A DNA stretch of 64,000 nt, from contig NC_042998.1 in NCBI RefSeq assembly GCF_006345805.1, forward strand, positions 177,196,001 through 177,260,000. The letters are read 5' to 3'. The notes under the pieces were generated by a model. The model made no database searches and was not told the DNA's origin. It saw nothing but the letters and a program-made list of their open reading frames with translations. Origin of the DNA: Octopus sinensis (lineage: Eukaryota). The translations under genes and the position numbers were made by a program. Shown one piece after another: positions 26,576 to 40,005 of this stretch (position 1 is the stretch's first letter; each line of letters begins with the position of its first letter).

Positions 26576-27061
26576 CTGCAACAAACCTTCCATCAACGAA
26601 AACCCTTCACACTGACCAAAATATAGTCTCAAACATTTTAATCATAACCAGTCACCAATGGCATACACACACCAACAAAAATGAAAATCAGATGCTCAAT
26701 ATAAACACAAGTACGCCTAAAGACTTATAATTTAAAAAACAAAACATAATCTTCCAATCAAACAAACCAAAATCTTCAATTGATTTAACAAACACTTTTT
26801 ACGAGTCACACTAAAACCATCACAAACTGCAAATAGCGACAATTAAACTTACCCACAAGGAAACAACGTATCAAAAGTCCCTACTCTTGACCAAACCGAT
26901 AATATTTACTTGTACAATTCGAAACAAAATCCCTGACCACAATGCACACATTCATGTCCACAAAGACATACAAACCCGTCCAAAGAATTATGATTTAATA
27001 TACATATCCATCAATGAATTGAACAAAAAATCTTTGACTGGCCTAACACTTTCTATGTATC

Positions 27062-27293
27062 TGTTTCTTTATTATCTACAAGGGCTAAACATAGAGGGGA
27101 TAAACAAGGACAGACAAATGGATTAAGTCGATTACATCGACCCCAATGCGTAACTGGCACTTAATTTATCGACCCCGAAAGGATGAAAAGCAAAGTCGAC
27201 CTCGGCGGAATTTGAACTCAGAACGTAACGGCAGACGAAATACAGCTACGCATTTCGCCCGGCGTGCTAACGTTTCTGCCAGCTCGCCGCCTT
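27062..27293 (-). mobile_element. SINE family B with 19 bp target-site duplication
   Basis: CTAACACTTTCTATGTATC flanks both sides (about 27043-27061 and 27294-27312). Confidence 0.92.
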
Positions 27294-29392
27294 CTAACAC
27301 TTTCTATGTATCACACCACGGTCACTTACTAGAAAATAACACAATGAATACGTCCACTCACAAGTATACTGCAATTTCCTAAACGCGACGAAAACAGTAG
27401 CATTTACATATATATAATATGATAGAAAACAGAACTTTATCGAAAGAGAACGTACTAAAACCAACAAATAGACAAATTAAGAACACGTCCTAATCATCAA
27501 CAATCACAAGAATAAGGAACATCATGCTAGAAAAATAACAGCCAATCAGCAAACGCTAAGTGCAAAACAATAAACTCTCATGAATATGAATATGCCACAA
27601 AACTACGTTGAAATAGTTCAGACCGGAAGTCTGCAGTGGCAGGAAACTTCAATCATGAGATAAACATTCAGTTTCAATAACCCATAAACTCTACATGTAT
27701 TGAGTATTACTCTCTCATTCGTTCGATATTACTAGACATTCGTGACTATATGTGTGTGTGTGTGTGTGGTGTGTGTGTGTGTGTGTGTTTATGTATGTGT
27801 GTGTGTGTGTGTGTGGTGTGTGTGTGTGATTGTGCCTACGTTTTTTGTATTATTTAATCAATATATATATATATACTGGTGTATGTATGTGTGCGTGTGG
27901 GTGTGTGCGTGTGTGTGTGTGCGTGTGTGTGCGCGTGTATGTGTGTGCGTGTATGTATGTGCCTAAACAACATTTCACGTCTAAGCTCATTTTCCTGTAT
28001 TATTGCTCATATCTAAAACAAAAAATTGGAAAAGGAGAAACAAATGAAAATATTATCGTTTAAAACAATTCAGAAAGAGCAAAATAAATAAAACAGTGAA
28101 ATAGGAGAATATCAAAAAAGAGGTAATCAGTAGAAAATAGACATAGAAGCGAAGAGACGAAAAGAAAGACTACAAAAGAAAGAACGGTGAGCAGTGGAGT
28201 AGAGGAAAACTGAAGGAAGGCAAGATGGAACGTTATGTTAAGAAATCTTGAAAGGGCGGCTAAATTTGTTTATGAATTTCAACGAGTCAAATAAAGCTAT
28301 TGTTTAAATATACAAATGAATACGAGCGCTGATTAGCTAAAACACATAAAATGTTTTTAAATAAGAGTTCAAGGGTATACTAAATCAATGTTCTTTTTTA
28401 GTCTGTAAAACAATGGATTTAGTATAAACAATGATTATTGTTTTTATTAGTATATTTAAAAATATAGAAAACTACGCTTACATCATTTAAAAATATAAAG
28501 TCTGCAGATTAATATCTCTTTAAGAGTATGCTAATTGAATTGACATTGAATTAAGTTTATTCACATACATTATGTCAATCAAAATCTAGGTTAAATTTAT
28601 TGAAAAACGCTGACGAAAAGGGTGAATGATTATTTATACTAAAATAGCTTCATACATTTGTTTTGTATAATAAGAATGATTTTTTAAAGAATATTTTATA
28701 TATATGAAGTATAAAGGAATTAAAAAACACCGTTTTAAAACTGAAAATCTTAACTCCCATACACAATGCATTCTTTATGGATCTAACACTTTCAAATAAG
28801 CATTTATGTGCTTACATAAATTTTTAAAGAACGTCGAATAATATATGACAAGAACAACGAAATGATAACTGACTGAATGAAAGATTAATATTTAGATAAA
28901 TAATTCAATAAATATATAAAAACTATATAAAACACATGAACAATATATAACAATGATAATAAATAGACATAAATATTCATAAACATTCATATTCACATCT
29001 CTGTATAATGAAACAGGAATACGATGTGATATAAATATTGAAAAAAATATATTTAAAATTATGCTTATTGGTATATAACAAATCGTGCATATAAAATGGA
29101 CACAAATACAGATTAATAAAAGCTAACGCGCACATCTCAATGTTATAACATGAAATCCGATATATTCTATATAAGAGAAAATATCATATCATATAAATCA
29201 AATATACTATGATATATCGAGTAATATAAATAAGCGGACGTGAGTAGGAAGTGATTTGTAATATTCCATTATATTAAGAGGAATGCAAATCTATATTCAG
29301 GTAATTGGACATATTGGATAAAGTAAAAACTAAATATATTGAATTAATGAAAGATTCAAATTAAGTGACATTCAGAGAAATATTCATATATT

Positions 29393-29434
<42 letters not shown>

Positions 29435-29472
29435 CATACACATTTGTGCGTGTGCATGCGTGTGTGTGCGTG

Positions 29473-29518
<46 letters not shown>

Positions 29519-29806
29519 CTAGACATGTGCCTTTAAATAAGTAACGTTTGTACAGATTGTATTCATAGATATAGGATGGTTCTCTATCAGGATTTAAGTT
29601 CAGTTGGTAATGTCTAAAACATTTAGAAATTTGTACAGTTCCCGAGCGATTCTTTCCGAGTCTATATTGAGAAGAGGATTTTCAACAAAAAGTTATTCCT
29701 TTTCCGTAGTACATAAATCCCAAAGTCACTTGTTTCGAATATATCACTTAGCCTCAGCTAGAATTTTCCATGTTCATTCAAAAGATGTGTGATTATTTTA
29801 ATTCTG

Positions 29807-29987
29807 AGTGGCTGTGTGGTAAGTAGCTTGCTTACGAACCACATAGTTCCGGGTTCAGCCCCACTGCGTGACACCTTGGCCAAGTATCTTCTACTATAGC
29901 CTCAGGCCGACCAAAGCCATGTGAGTGGATTTGGTAGACGAAAACTGAAAGAAGCCCGTCGTATATATGTATGTGTGTGTGTGTGTG

Positions 29988-30019
<32 letters not shown>

Positions 30020-30236
30020 ATGTTTGTGTATCTTTGTTTGTTCCCCCAACATCGCTTGACAACCGATGCTGGTGTGTTTACGTCCCCGTAACTTAGTGCT
30101 TCGACAAAAGAGACCAACAGAATGAGTACTAGGCTTACAAAGAATAAGTCCTGGGATCGATTTGCTCGACTAAAGGCGGTGGTCCAGCATGGCCGCAGTC
30201 AAATGACTGAAACAAGTAAAAGAGTAAAAGAGTAAA
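29807..30236 (+). mobile_element. SINE family A
   Basis: Head, internal TG run and tail all present. Confidence 0.9.
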
Positions 30237-30294
30237 CTGAAAGCGAAGTGCCCATGGATTTTTCTTGGATTACAGAAGTAGTTTGTACACTGAT

Positions 30295-31059
30295 TGCACA
30301 CAGTAACGCCGCTCGGTAAAGATTAACCTTGAACTCTGCTGTACATGCGCACGAAGTTTTAACATTCTAGCTCACTTCAGCTGTTTACAGTAGCGCTTGG
30401 AAAGGTGTGTAGTGTGTGATTGTCGCATTGACCATGACAGAGAGCGTTGTCATGGCGATACCTGCTCAGAGGCCTACGCAAAGTTGCAGTCAATGTATGG
30501 AGAGGAGTATATGAGCCGCACATAAGTGTATGCGTGGTTCAGATGTTTCCAAGATAATCGAAAAAATGTCGATATTGATGAACGTTCTGGGAGACCCCCA
30601 ACCAACAGAACTGAGAATAACATCGCAGCTGTGAGTTATCAAGGGATGTGCCGATTAGTTACGGTTCAGTTTAGTCCATTATCACAGAAGATTTGAGTAT
30701 GAGACGCTTGTCTGTCAAGTTTGTGCCTAAACTGCTTTCAGCTGACCAAAAAGGACACTCAAGTTTCAGTTGCACAAGAACGATGAAGACTTTTTGAAAA
30801 CTGAGCTGGTATCGCCAAGCTTTTGGCAAAATTTGATGCAGATTCTCTGCTCAACTTTGTCATGCCCAAAGCGACGATCACACACTACACACCTTCCTTC
30901 CAAGCACTGCTGTAAACAGTAGAAGTGAGCAAGAACGTTAATACTTAGTGCACATGCATAACAGAGTTCAACGTCAATCTGTGCCAAGCGGTTTTACACT
31001 GTGTGCTTTAGTTTCGTTACTATAGCAACAGTCCGGATACTTATTGATCAGACCCCGTA
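30295..31059. mobile_element. Fold-back mariner derivative (two inverted 5' ends around a transposase N-terminal fragment)
   Basis: 30295-30446 is inverted at about 30848-31007. Inside: GDTCSEAYAKL...WFRCF...DERSGRP and SVKFVPKLL. Right TIR reads TACGGGGTCTGATCAATAAGTATCCGGACT on minus. Confidence 0.8.
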
Positions 31060-32729
31060 TGTAAGATACCTATGTAAGATGTCTTGTACATATGTAGATA
31101 CATATGGAAATCTTCTATGTGTGTGTGTATGTATGTATGTATGTATGTATGTATGTATGTATGTATGTATGTATGTATGTATGTATGTATGTATGTATGT
31201 ATGTATGTATGTGTGTGTGTGTTGTGTGTATGTGTATTTCCCATAAGGATATGTTCAATTGTAAATTTCCAAAATTCAATGAGTTTCTATTTACACTATT
31301 AATTATTTACTGTTGATTTATCAAGTCTTATTTACTTAATTGTATTTAAGTATTTATTTAATTATTTATTCCTATAAATCCAATTTTACTCGTACTCTAT
31401 TATTCTGATAATATAAATTTCCTGCATGAATATATATAAAGGAAGACTGTTCATTCCTCTTTACTTAACTTATTTTACGGTTCCTCTGATTAGCTGACTT
31501 TAGTAAGCCCAAATTACATCAAGATTTTCCAATTAATTCACTCCATATTCTAATTAACTTAATGTCTTTGAATAATTTTACATTCCTAAATAAAAATTAT
31601 GGCTGAAGTTTCAATTCTTTTAATTAATATAATCTTAATTTTCTATATACACCAGGAATCACGGTTCCTATTAACATACTGTCTTAGACACAAATTATGA
31701 CTCTGATCTTCAGCATTGCTTGAAATTTGGAATAGAATATTTTCAATAAGAACAGAATAGAATAATATTTTTAATAAGAATGGATATATTTTAGTTTATG
31801 AGTAATTCCGAAAATGGTTAACCTTTACTTAGAAGTTTATTAAAACTTTTCAGTCGAGCTTAATCTAGAGTTCTATGCTCTGGTTAAAGTTTCATAAGGC
31901 CCGGTCAACGATGTTTCTTGTTATTGAAGGGTTTGTCAAACTCATAAGTTCCAAATGAATTATGACAAAATCGTAGAATTTTTCCTGTTGCTTGATAGGT
32001 TTTTGTAAAGATGTCGAAGGTAGCGACCCTTGAAAGTTATCTCTGTTAGGCTTCTTAATCCCTTTCATTTCTGTCCTGAATTATAATGATCACAAAATAT
32101 CTTTTGCTATGCAGGACCCACTGAGACCCACTGAGGACCCACTGAGAGCAAACATGTGGATGGACTTAACTGATAAAGTTTGGTTATTGGGATGGTGAAC
32201 TGGTGATGAAGATATATTGAGAGTACACATTTGAATATTTGACTTAAACGTTGGTCTAAAGAGCTAATTGTATTTCTGTGGGGAAATGATCTATTAGTTT
32301 TAAGAAATTCCTGACTATGTTTCTAGTGGCTTCTATGTTACGTGGCAGATTAAATTTAAATGCTTTCTTCTTCCTAGTTCTTATCCGTATAATTTGTTTT
32401 GCTGAAACCGCTACAAGTTAGTGCATCACTATAATAACGTGCTGTTCTATTGAAGATATCCGTACCCGAAAATAGATTCTAGAAAAATTTAATAGGAATG
32501 TTAGAGACATTTCACATTAGAAGTTTCACGTGAGCATGCTAGTTAGCAAAAATCTGTCTAAAGCTGACACACCAGCTATAACATTATACGTATAATTCAG
32601 GTGAAAACCTTGCAACGTGCATTTATAAGGTCTTGTTTCGTTGTTTGGCTACCATATTATATTCTAAAGTAGGGTATATTCCAAGGCTGGATGTATATAT
32701 ACGTATATATATACACATATATATATATA

Positions 32730-32775
<46 letters not shown>

Positions 32776-32811
32776 TATATATATATATATATACTATATA
32801 TATATATATAG

Positions 32812-32842
<31 letters not shown>

Positions 32843-32883
32843 CATATATATATGCATATGTATATATTTACATATATACATAC

Positions 32884-32932
<49 letters not shown>

Positions 32933-33031
32933 CATATATACATATATGCATATATATATATACATATATGCACATATATATATGTATATATGCACATATG
33001 TATATATATATATATATATATATTTACATAT

Positions 33032-33145
<114 letters not shown>

Positions 33146-33151
33146 ATATAT

Positions 33152-33482
33152 AGGGTAAAGGCTCCTTTCGGTCATGAATAACCATGGAGTTGCACCTAGA
33201 AAGTTCCCCTCCGAGGCACAAGTCCTAGCAAGATTGCTTATGGAGGATCAGCAGTCACCCATGCATACCGGCCTCCCCTCCCCTCTCCACTATTGTTATC
33301 CTAGGGGAAGGCAAAGACCAATACAGATTGGCACCAGTGACGTCGCCAGTCATTCCTAGAGATGAGAGAACTAGAGCAACAAGAGATAAAGTGTCTTGCT
33401 CGAATATACAGCGCACATCCAGGTCCGGTAATCGAACTCACTAATTCATGATTGTGAGCCCGACGTTCTAAACAGTGAGCCA
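33152..33482 (-). mobile_element. tRNA-headed SINE (family C-related head, different tail) inside (TA)n
   Basis: Minus-strand head GGCTCACTGTTTAGAACGTCGGGC...GAGTTCGATTACC and GAGCAAGACACTTTAT core. Confidence 0.75.
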
Positions 33483-33487
33483 TATTT

Positions 33488-33552
<65 letters not shown>

Positions 33553-33718
33553 ATAAATATATATATATGTATATATGTATATAAGTGTGTGTGTGTGTGT
33601 GTGCATATATATATATATGTGAATTTATATATATTTTTACATATGTATATACATATATATATACATATATATATATATATAAACATATATATATATATAT
33701 ATATATATACACTCATAC

Positions 33719-33753
<35 letters not shown>

Positions 33754-33836
33754 CGCATATATATGTATATACATATATATATATATACGCATATATATGT
33801 ATATACATATATATTTGCATACATACATACACACAC

Positions 33837-33899
<63 letters not shown>

Positions 33900-33991
33900 A
33901 ATTACATCGAGGAAAAGCCAATTTAACGAACTAAAACAACACACAAAAACTGATAAATTCACATATTCACTTTTCGTTTATTTCTTGAGCA

Positions 33992-34030
33992 GTCAAAATT
34001 TTCGTCGCATTCCTGCGACCTGGTCACTGG
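33992..34030 (-). ncRNA. Minimal hammerhead-like motif, G3-C8 core variant
   Basis: Minus: cca-GUGACCA-g-GUCGCA(ggaa)UGCGAC-GAAA-au-UU-uga. Stem II is a perfect 6 bp; stem I is weak. Confidence 0.5.
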
Positions 34031-34611
34031 TACAATTTCATTGTTACTGTTTGAAATTTAGTCGATTGCACATTCATATAGGCCTCAGACTTCTTATTTA
34101 TTTCCTCTTCAGCTTATAGGTATGTGTGAATCTGTTTCGAAAATGTTTAATTGCTTTGTCTTTTTGCCATCAATCTTGGTTATCACTTGAAGTTTCCATT
34201 CTTTATCCGTTTAGAGGGGAACGTGTCTCATTCATTCTTTGATTTGTTTTTCTTCGCTTCTTTCTCGCATCTTCGTCCCTTGTCTTGATGCTTACCCTTG
34301 AACTTATGTAGAAGTTTTCCGCTATATATAAATATAACGTATTTTAGTACATATTCTTGTGGTACAAGTCTATAGAAATTATATTCTTGCTATGCAGATG
34401 AAATTGTATTTTAAGCAGTGCAGTGTAAATATTTAAAAAAACATCAAGACAATGAACTATAAGTGGTTGCAGATCAAATATTATATTGGATCTACCTACC
34501 AGGTTCTTGTTTGGAGAAACTCTCTTCTAAATAATTCACCTCCCCATGGCTAAAAGATGTAAGTCTACTCATCACACACAGCGGTCTTGTCTGTATATAT
34601 GTATATATGTA

Positions 34612-34692
34612 TATAATACAAATAAGAAAACGGAGAAATAATTTAGCTGATGAACAAACTAAATTATTTCTTCATTTTCTTATTTGTATTAT
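34612..34692. repeat. ~80 bp hairpin with CTGATGA at the loop
   Basis: ATAATACAAATAAGAAAA..GAAATAATTTAG / CTAAATTATTTC..TTTTCTTATTTGTATTAT. Confidence 0.7.
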
Positions 34693-34897
34693 AAATTAAT
34701 GGTAAAATATTTATTTCTTTACCTTCACCCATTTAATACAAAAAGTTAATTGCATTGCAATTAAAAACACTTGTGTATTGATAATTTGGGTAGTATACCA
34801 ACAGTATATTGGATAAGTATTATCCCTTAGTGGGTTGGATCCACAAACCCTAACTTATTTGGTGGTATATACTGTATATATATATATATATATATAC

Positions 34898-35169
34898 AAT
34901 ATGTTACATTACTCGATAGTCAAGATAAAAATCTGAGTTTCAGATGCCGAAGTGGGAATCCACGACATCTCTTCGGTTATCTGGCTATTTGAAATAGGTT
35001 TTCAAATAGCCAGATAACCGAAGAGATGTCGTGGATTCCCACTTCGGCATCTGAAACTCGGAGTTTTATCTTGACTATCGAGTAATGTAACATATTATTG
35101 TATAGATAAATTTCCTCTATTTACATAATATTGAGGTCTCTTTCTTTCTTTTGTTATCTTACCGTTTTA

Positions 35170-35172
<3 letters not shown>
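34898..35172 (+). mobile_element. Palindromic Penelope-like stub: ~95 bp inverted arms, each carrying a hammerhead-like fold, plus unpaired tail
   Basis: 34898-35096 is a near-perfect palindrome. Plus arm 35012-35071 reads AGAUAA-CCGAAGA-GAUGUCG...CGGCAUC-U-GAAA-CUCgGAG-UU-UUAUCU. Lies in (TA)n. Confidence 0.65.
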
Positions 35173-35225
<53 letters not shown>

Positions 35226-35291
35226 GACATACACATACATTCACGCACATGTATTTGTGTATGTGTGTGTGTGTGTGTGTGCGTGTGTGTA

Positions 35292-36550
35292 TCAGGCTGA
35301 ATAAAAAAGTAAGCAACATTTTGAAACATGAAATTTCAAGAATGCAGAAAATTTTATTCATCAAAGTAAGTACCATTACAATCAACATATTTTTGCCAAC
35401 GAGTTACAAGTTTGTTGATTCCGGTGACATAAAAATCTGGAGTTTTAGAGCTGATGAACTCTTTGAATGCACTTTCAGCATCGGTTTGAATTTTTAATTC
35501 CTTCTCTCACATGAAGTTTTTTTTTTTTTAAGTGGTAGTCAATAGGAAAAAGGTCTGTGGAATAAGCTGGTGGGCGGGGAAAGAACTTTGTAACCAAGTT
35601 CTCTCAACTTCTGAGTATCATTAGTGAAACGTATAGTCGAGCATTGTCATGAAGAATGATTGGCCCTCTTCTGTTGACCAGTCTGGGACAGGAGTAGCAG
35701 TTTTTTGTTCATTTTGGCCATTTCATGGCAATATGTTTCTGCAGTAATGGTTTTTCCGGGTTTTAAGAAGTTATAGTGTATGAGTCCAGCAGTACACCAC
35801 CAAACAGTCACCACAACCTTCTTTCTGAAGAGCTCAGGTTTAGGGAAGATTTTCGGTGCTTCATTTTGGCCCAACCACTGCGAAGAACGTTTTTTACTGC
35901 TGTACAGAATCCACTTTTCATCGCAAGTTACAATACAGTCGAAAAACTGATTGGTCTGGTTACGGAGAAGAAGCGACGAGAAAATTTCATATCTGTGCAT
36001 TTTCTGATTTTCTTTCAAATCTTGTGCTACACATTTGTCGAGCTTTTTTTGATTTTCCGATCGCATGCAAATGGTTGCAGGCAGATTTCTGGCTAACTTT
36101 CTTTTGCCAGTTCTCGAGTGGTTTTACGTGGATTTTTCTTAATGACGGTCTTTAATTGAGTGTCATCGATGACGGATGGGCGTCCACTACGCTCACGATC
36201 TTCAAGGCCCAAGTCTCCACTGCGAGATCGTTTAAACCATTTTTGAGCAGCCCACTCACTGGTCATATCCTCACTAAACGCTTCGTTGATATCGCGAGCA
36301 GTTTCAGCTGCTTTACGTCCTTTTTTGAAGTTGAGAAACAAAATTGTTCGAATATCGCGCTTTGACAGTTCCATTTCAGATGATTGTAACAACGAGGACA
36401 AAAATATCAGCGTTAATTTATTGATGCATTTGAGTAAGTCTATCTCTGTATTTTCAGACAATTGCAAAGAATTGTTTTAAAAAATTCAAAACTGCAAAGG
36501 TCCGGTACAAATTCTTGATAGTTCAAAACGTTGCTTACTTTTCACTCAAC

Positions 36551-36554
<4 letters not shown>
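35292..36554 (-). mobile_element. Mariner DNA transposon, near full length
   Basis: TIRs TCAGGCTGAATAAAAAAGTAAGCAACATTTTGAA and TTCAAAACGTTGCTTACTTTTCACTCAACCTCA, TA on both sides, about 1.26 kb. Confidence 0.95.
35354..36374 (-). pseudogene. Mariner transposase pseudogene
   Basis: MELSKRDIR...RSGRP, then IVTCDEKWILY, HDNAR, AYSTDL.P.DYH and RWQKYVDCNGTYFDE*. Multiple frameshifts. Confidence 0.92.
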
Positions 36555-36587
<33 letters not shown>

Positions 36588-36589
36588 TT

Positions 36590-36830
36590 TCGGTACGAAT
36601 GGTTTTGATATACGGCGCAGTGTTTTACAATCTTGTAAATAATAATAATAGTATTTGATATAAGCTTAAAGCTTATGGCGATCACCGTGCAATGACTAAG
36701 GGAACGTGAAACTCTGAGTAACAGTTTATGTGATGTTTTTGCTGCTTTTTAATAAAATATATTACTCTACCTCTGGTATTCGAGTACTACTTTTTCCACC
36801 TTGTTTCGCATTTATGTGCTTACTGTGATA
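36590..36830 (+). mobile_element. Penelope-like stub, same family as 50-235, keeping the 3' half of a hammerhead
   Basis: GGAACGT-GAAA-CTCTGAG-TA-ACAGT at 36701-36725. Tail TACTCTACCTCTGGTATTCGAGTACTA matches about 172-197. Lies in (TA)n. Confidence 0.55.
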
Positions 36831-36931
36831 TATATATATAAATTATAATGGTTACTGACAATTTGTCTATTTTCGGCATATTTGGCATTAGAATTTTTTT
36901 CTTTTGCCCTTATTTTATAAGTAATATATAT

Positions 36932-37005
<74 letters not shown>

Positions 37006-37675
37006 GCTTATTCCTATCATTTATTGTTTCTTTTTTGATTCTCCATAACACTTTCTAAGTATTTTTTAACTCCTTCCATGTTCCTTTCTGTCACCTTCTT
37101 CGTTATCTGCTCTTTCACACTTAATTTTCTCTTTCTTTCCTCTCTCACTTCCTCTACTCGCTACTACTACTACTACTACTATTACCACTGCAGGTCATTC
37201 CTTAATTTTCTTTGCACTGTGTCTCTTTTACTTTGCCTACCACTACATGAGATCTTAATTTCTCCCTTCCTTTGTGTTGAGCTACAGGGAAGTATTGTTT
37301 CTCCAGTCGAAATGCTAACACACACATATATATATATACATGTGTGTACACGCGCACACCTACAGATACATATATACGTGTGTGTGTGTGTGTGTATGTG
37401 CGTGTGTGTTTGTGTGTGTACTAGTTCTATTTGTAATTTATTGTCCTTGTGTGTTGTTGCTCTTCACGTTTAGTTCTTGTTTGTCCATCACCACAACAAT
37501 ATTCTCGATACCACTGGCGCAACCAAACGAGCAGTGAATTGAGCTTTAACACGTTTGGACTTTAATTGCACCAAAATGCGCTTGCTATTAGGTTTCCACG
37601 GTTGATGAGATGATTCCCATGTTCCTTTGTTTTTCCTTCTTTTTCCATTGTTTCCATGTTCCATTTTAAACTTTC

Positions 37676-37739
<64 letters not shown>

Positions 37740-37744
<5 letters not shown>

Positions 37745-38268
37745 CATCTAATATAGGATAAAATTTTCGAAAAAATGTTATCAATGGCCAGCATATTAAA
37801 AATACCTTTAAAGGTTAATTCTATAAACAACTTATAAACAAGGGCAAAAGAAAAACATTCCAATGCCAAATATGCTGAAAATAGACTTAAGTCGTCAATA
37901 ACCATATAATTTATCACTATAGGCACGCGCACGCGTCTCGAAAGCAAGCCGACAGAAATTTCTAAAAAATTTCGTTATTATCGGATCGGTCCCGATTTCT
38001 GGGTTAATTCATTTAGAATTTTCTCGTCATCAGCGATCTCATTTATTTTCTTATTCTATTTGTCACTGATGACGAGAAAATTCTAAATGGATAAACTCGG
38101 AAATCAGGACCGATCCAATAATAACAAAATTTTTTAGAAATTTCTGTCGGCTTGCTTTTGAGACGCGTGCCTATAGTGATAAATTATATGGTTATTGACG
38201 ACTTAAGTCTATTTTCAGCATATTTGGTATTGGAACTTTTTTTTCTTTTGCCCTTGTTTATAAGTTGT
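37740..38268 (-). mobile_element. Palindromic Penelope-like stub: ~205 bp inverted arms, each with a hammerhead core
   Basis: 37827-38033 is inverted at 38066-38268. Minus arm: GAUCG-CUGAUGA-...-GAAA-...-CGAUC. Plus arm: CUGAUGA-CGAG...CUCG-GAAA. Flanked by (TA)n. Confidence 0.65.
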
Positions 38269-39688
38269 ATATATATATAGTATAACTTGATATATATACA
38301 TTAAGTGGAGAGGTTTCGAAACTGATGGCAGAGTTAAATGTGTCTTTGCAGAAATCTTAAGAAATAAGGCATATCACTCACATTTTATTTCAACCAGATA
38401 TAAGAGCTTCTCATAGAGATTAAACACTCTGATGTCCGTTCATCATTTTTCAATATGGCTGCTCTCGTGTAAGTTCGGTTGCTAGCCCTCTATGTGTGTG
38501 TTTGTGTGTGTGTGTAAAAGAGACACAACTTTTGTATTGTGTATCTCTTGTATCATATCCGTATACATGTGAATGTCTTTCTAGTTACTGTGGTGCATCA
38601 ATATTTTGTATATATATTATTTATTTATGGAACAGATTTGTAAAAAGTACCTTTCCTTTTTGTCTCACCCTCTGTTTCCAATCGCTTTTACTTCAATAAT
38701 AAATCATTATCATTTTGTCATTGTAAGGGGAAAAGTGATACATTTTCAAGTAAAATGCATAAGATCGTGAGAAAGTGTAAAATTTGTCAGAGATAAATGT
38801 CCCGAACTTGGAATAACTGTGCGTATGTATTTGCTCGGTGACGGCAAAGACTTTCTTGTATTTTGGGGCTAGAAAAGTTGTCCCTTATTTTTAAGGGATC
38901 CTTTTTATTCATCAAATATGTGCGTGCGTTTGTTTATGTATGTACTTACTTATGTATTGCACGTACAGTAGCTTGGTGTAATCAATTTGTTGTCTTCTAT
39001 TATGAAAAGGCAAGTGGCCAGGATTTAATAACTTCTATCGGAGCCGCTTGACATCACGTACTCAGTCTATCAGGTGTGTCCTCTTTTTCAAAACTTCTTT
39101 ACAAATTTTGGTTCTTTAATCTTTATTGAATATCGAATGCACTGAGAGGATTGCCTCTTAAAATGAGACACAGGAAGCAGTGACATCCCTGATACGGCGT
39201 TGAATCTTACACAATTTCCACCCAATAAAATAACACAGCACATACTTTTACGAAATCGATTATAACACCAACGGCTCACTCAACTCATATTGTAAATAGT
39301 TAATACTCGATAATATCGCACAACTCACATACCATATACTCTACACCCCCATCCCTGCTATTAAGACATGAATCACATACAAAATACGAACACCCCTTCA
39401 AACAAAACAGTACAGCTCACAGCCAACAAAGGCGCTTCTATGTGCTCGCTCAACATTCAACAGATAGTAGCCAAATTTCCTCATCCTTAAATCACACCCT
39501 AATATGTTAAAAAAACAACATTGCAAAACGTAGTCCTAGATGGAATGGTCGTGATCAGAATTCCTTTAGTCATGGGTTTGCTTAATAAGGAATCACCTGA
39601 GACTATACAGCAAAAGACAACCCATGCTATACGAACTATATACAACAAATAAAACACTATAATAACCAGATACAAAAACAAAAAAGTG

Positions 39689-40005
39689 GTACTCTGTCGG
39701 TTACGACGACGAGGGTTCCAGTTGATCCGATCAACGGAACAGGCTGTTCGTGAAATTAACGTTCAAGTGGCTGAGCATTCCACAGACACGCATACCCTTA
39801 ACATAGTTCTCAGGGAGATTCAGTATGACACAGACTGTGACGAGGACAGCTCTGTGAAGTACAGGTACTACGCATTTTTGCCAGCTGAGTGGACTGGAGC
39901 AACATGAAATATAGTGTCTTGTTCAAGGACACAACGCGCCGCCGGGAATCGAACTTATAACCTGATGACCGTCAGCCGAATACCCTAACCACTAAGCCAC
40001 GCACC
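39689..40005 (-). mobile_element. SINE family C (tRNA head, GTGTCCTTGAACAAGACACT core)
   Basis: Minus head GTGGCTTAGTGGTTAGGG...AGTTCGATTCCC. A second, internally deleted copy is at 44848-45097. Confidence 0.85.

Noticed and set aside
38315-38368. CTGATG-GCAGAG...CTTTGC-AGAAA-TCTTAAGA
   Set aside because: Lacks A9, the UH site and stem I. Too degenerate to call.
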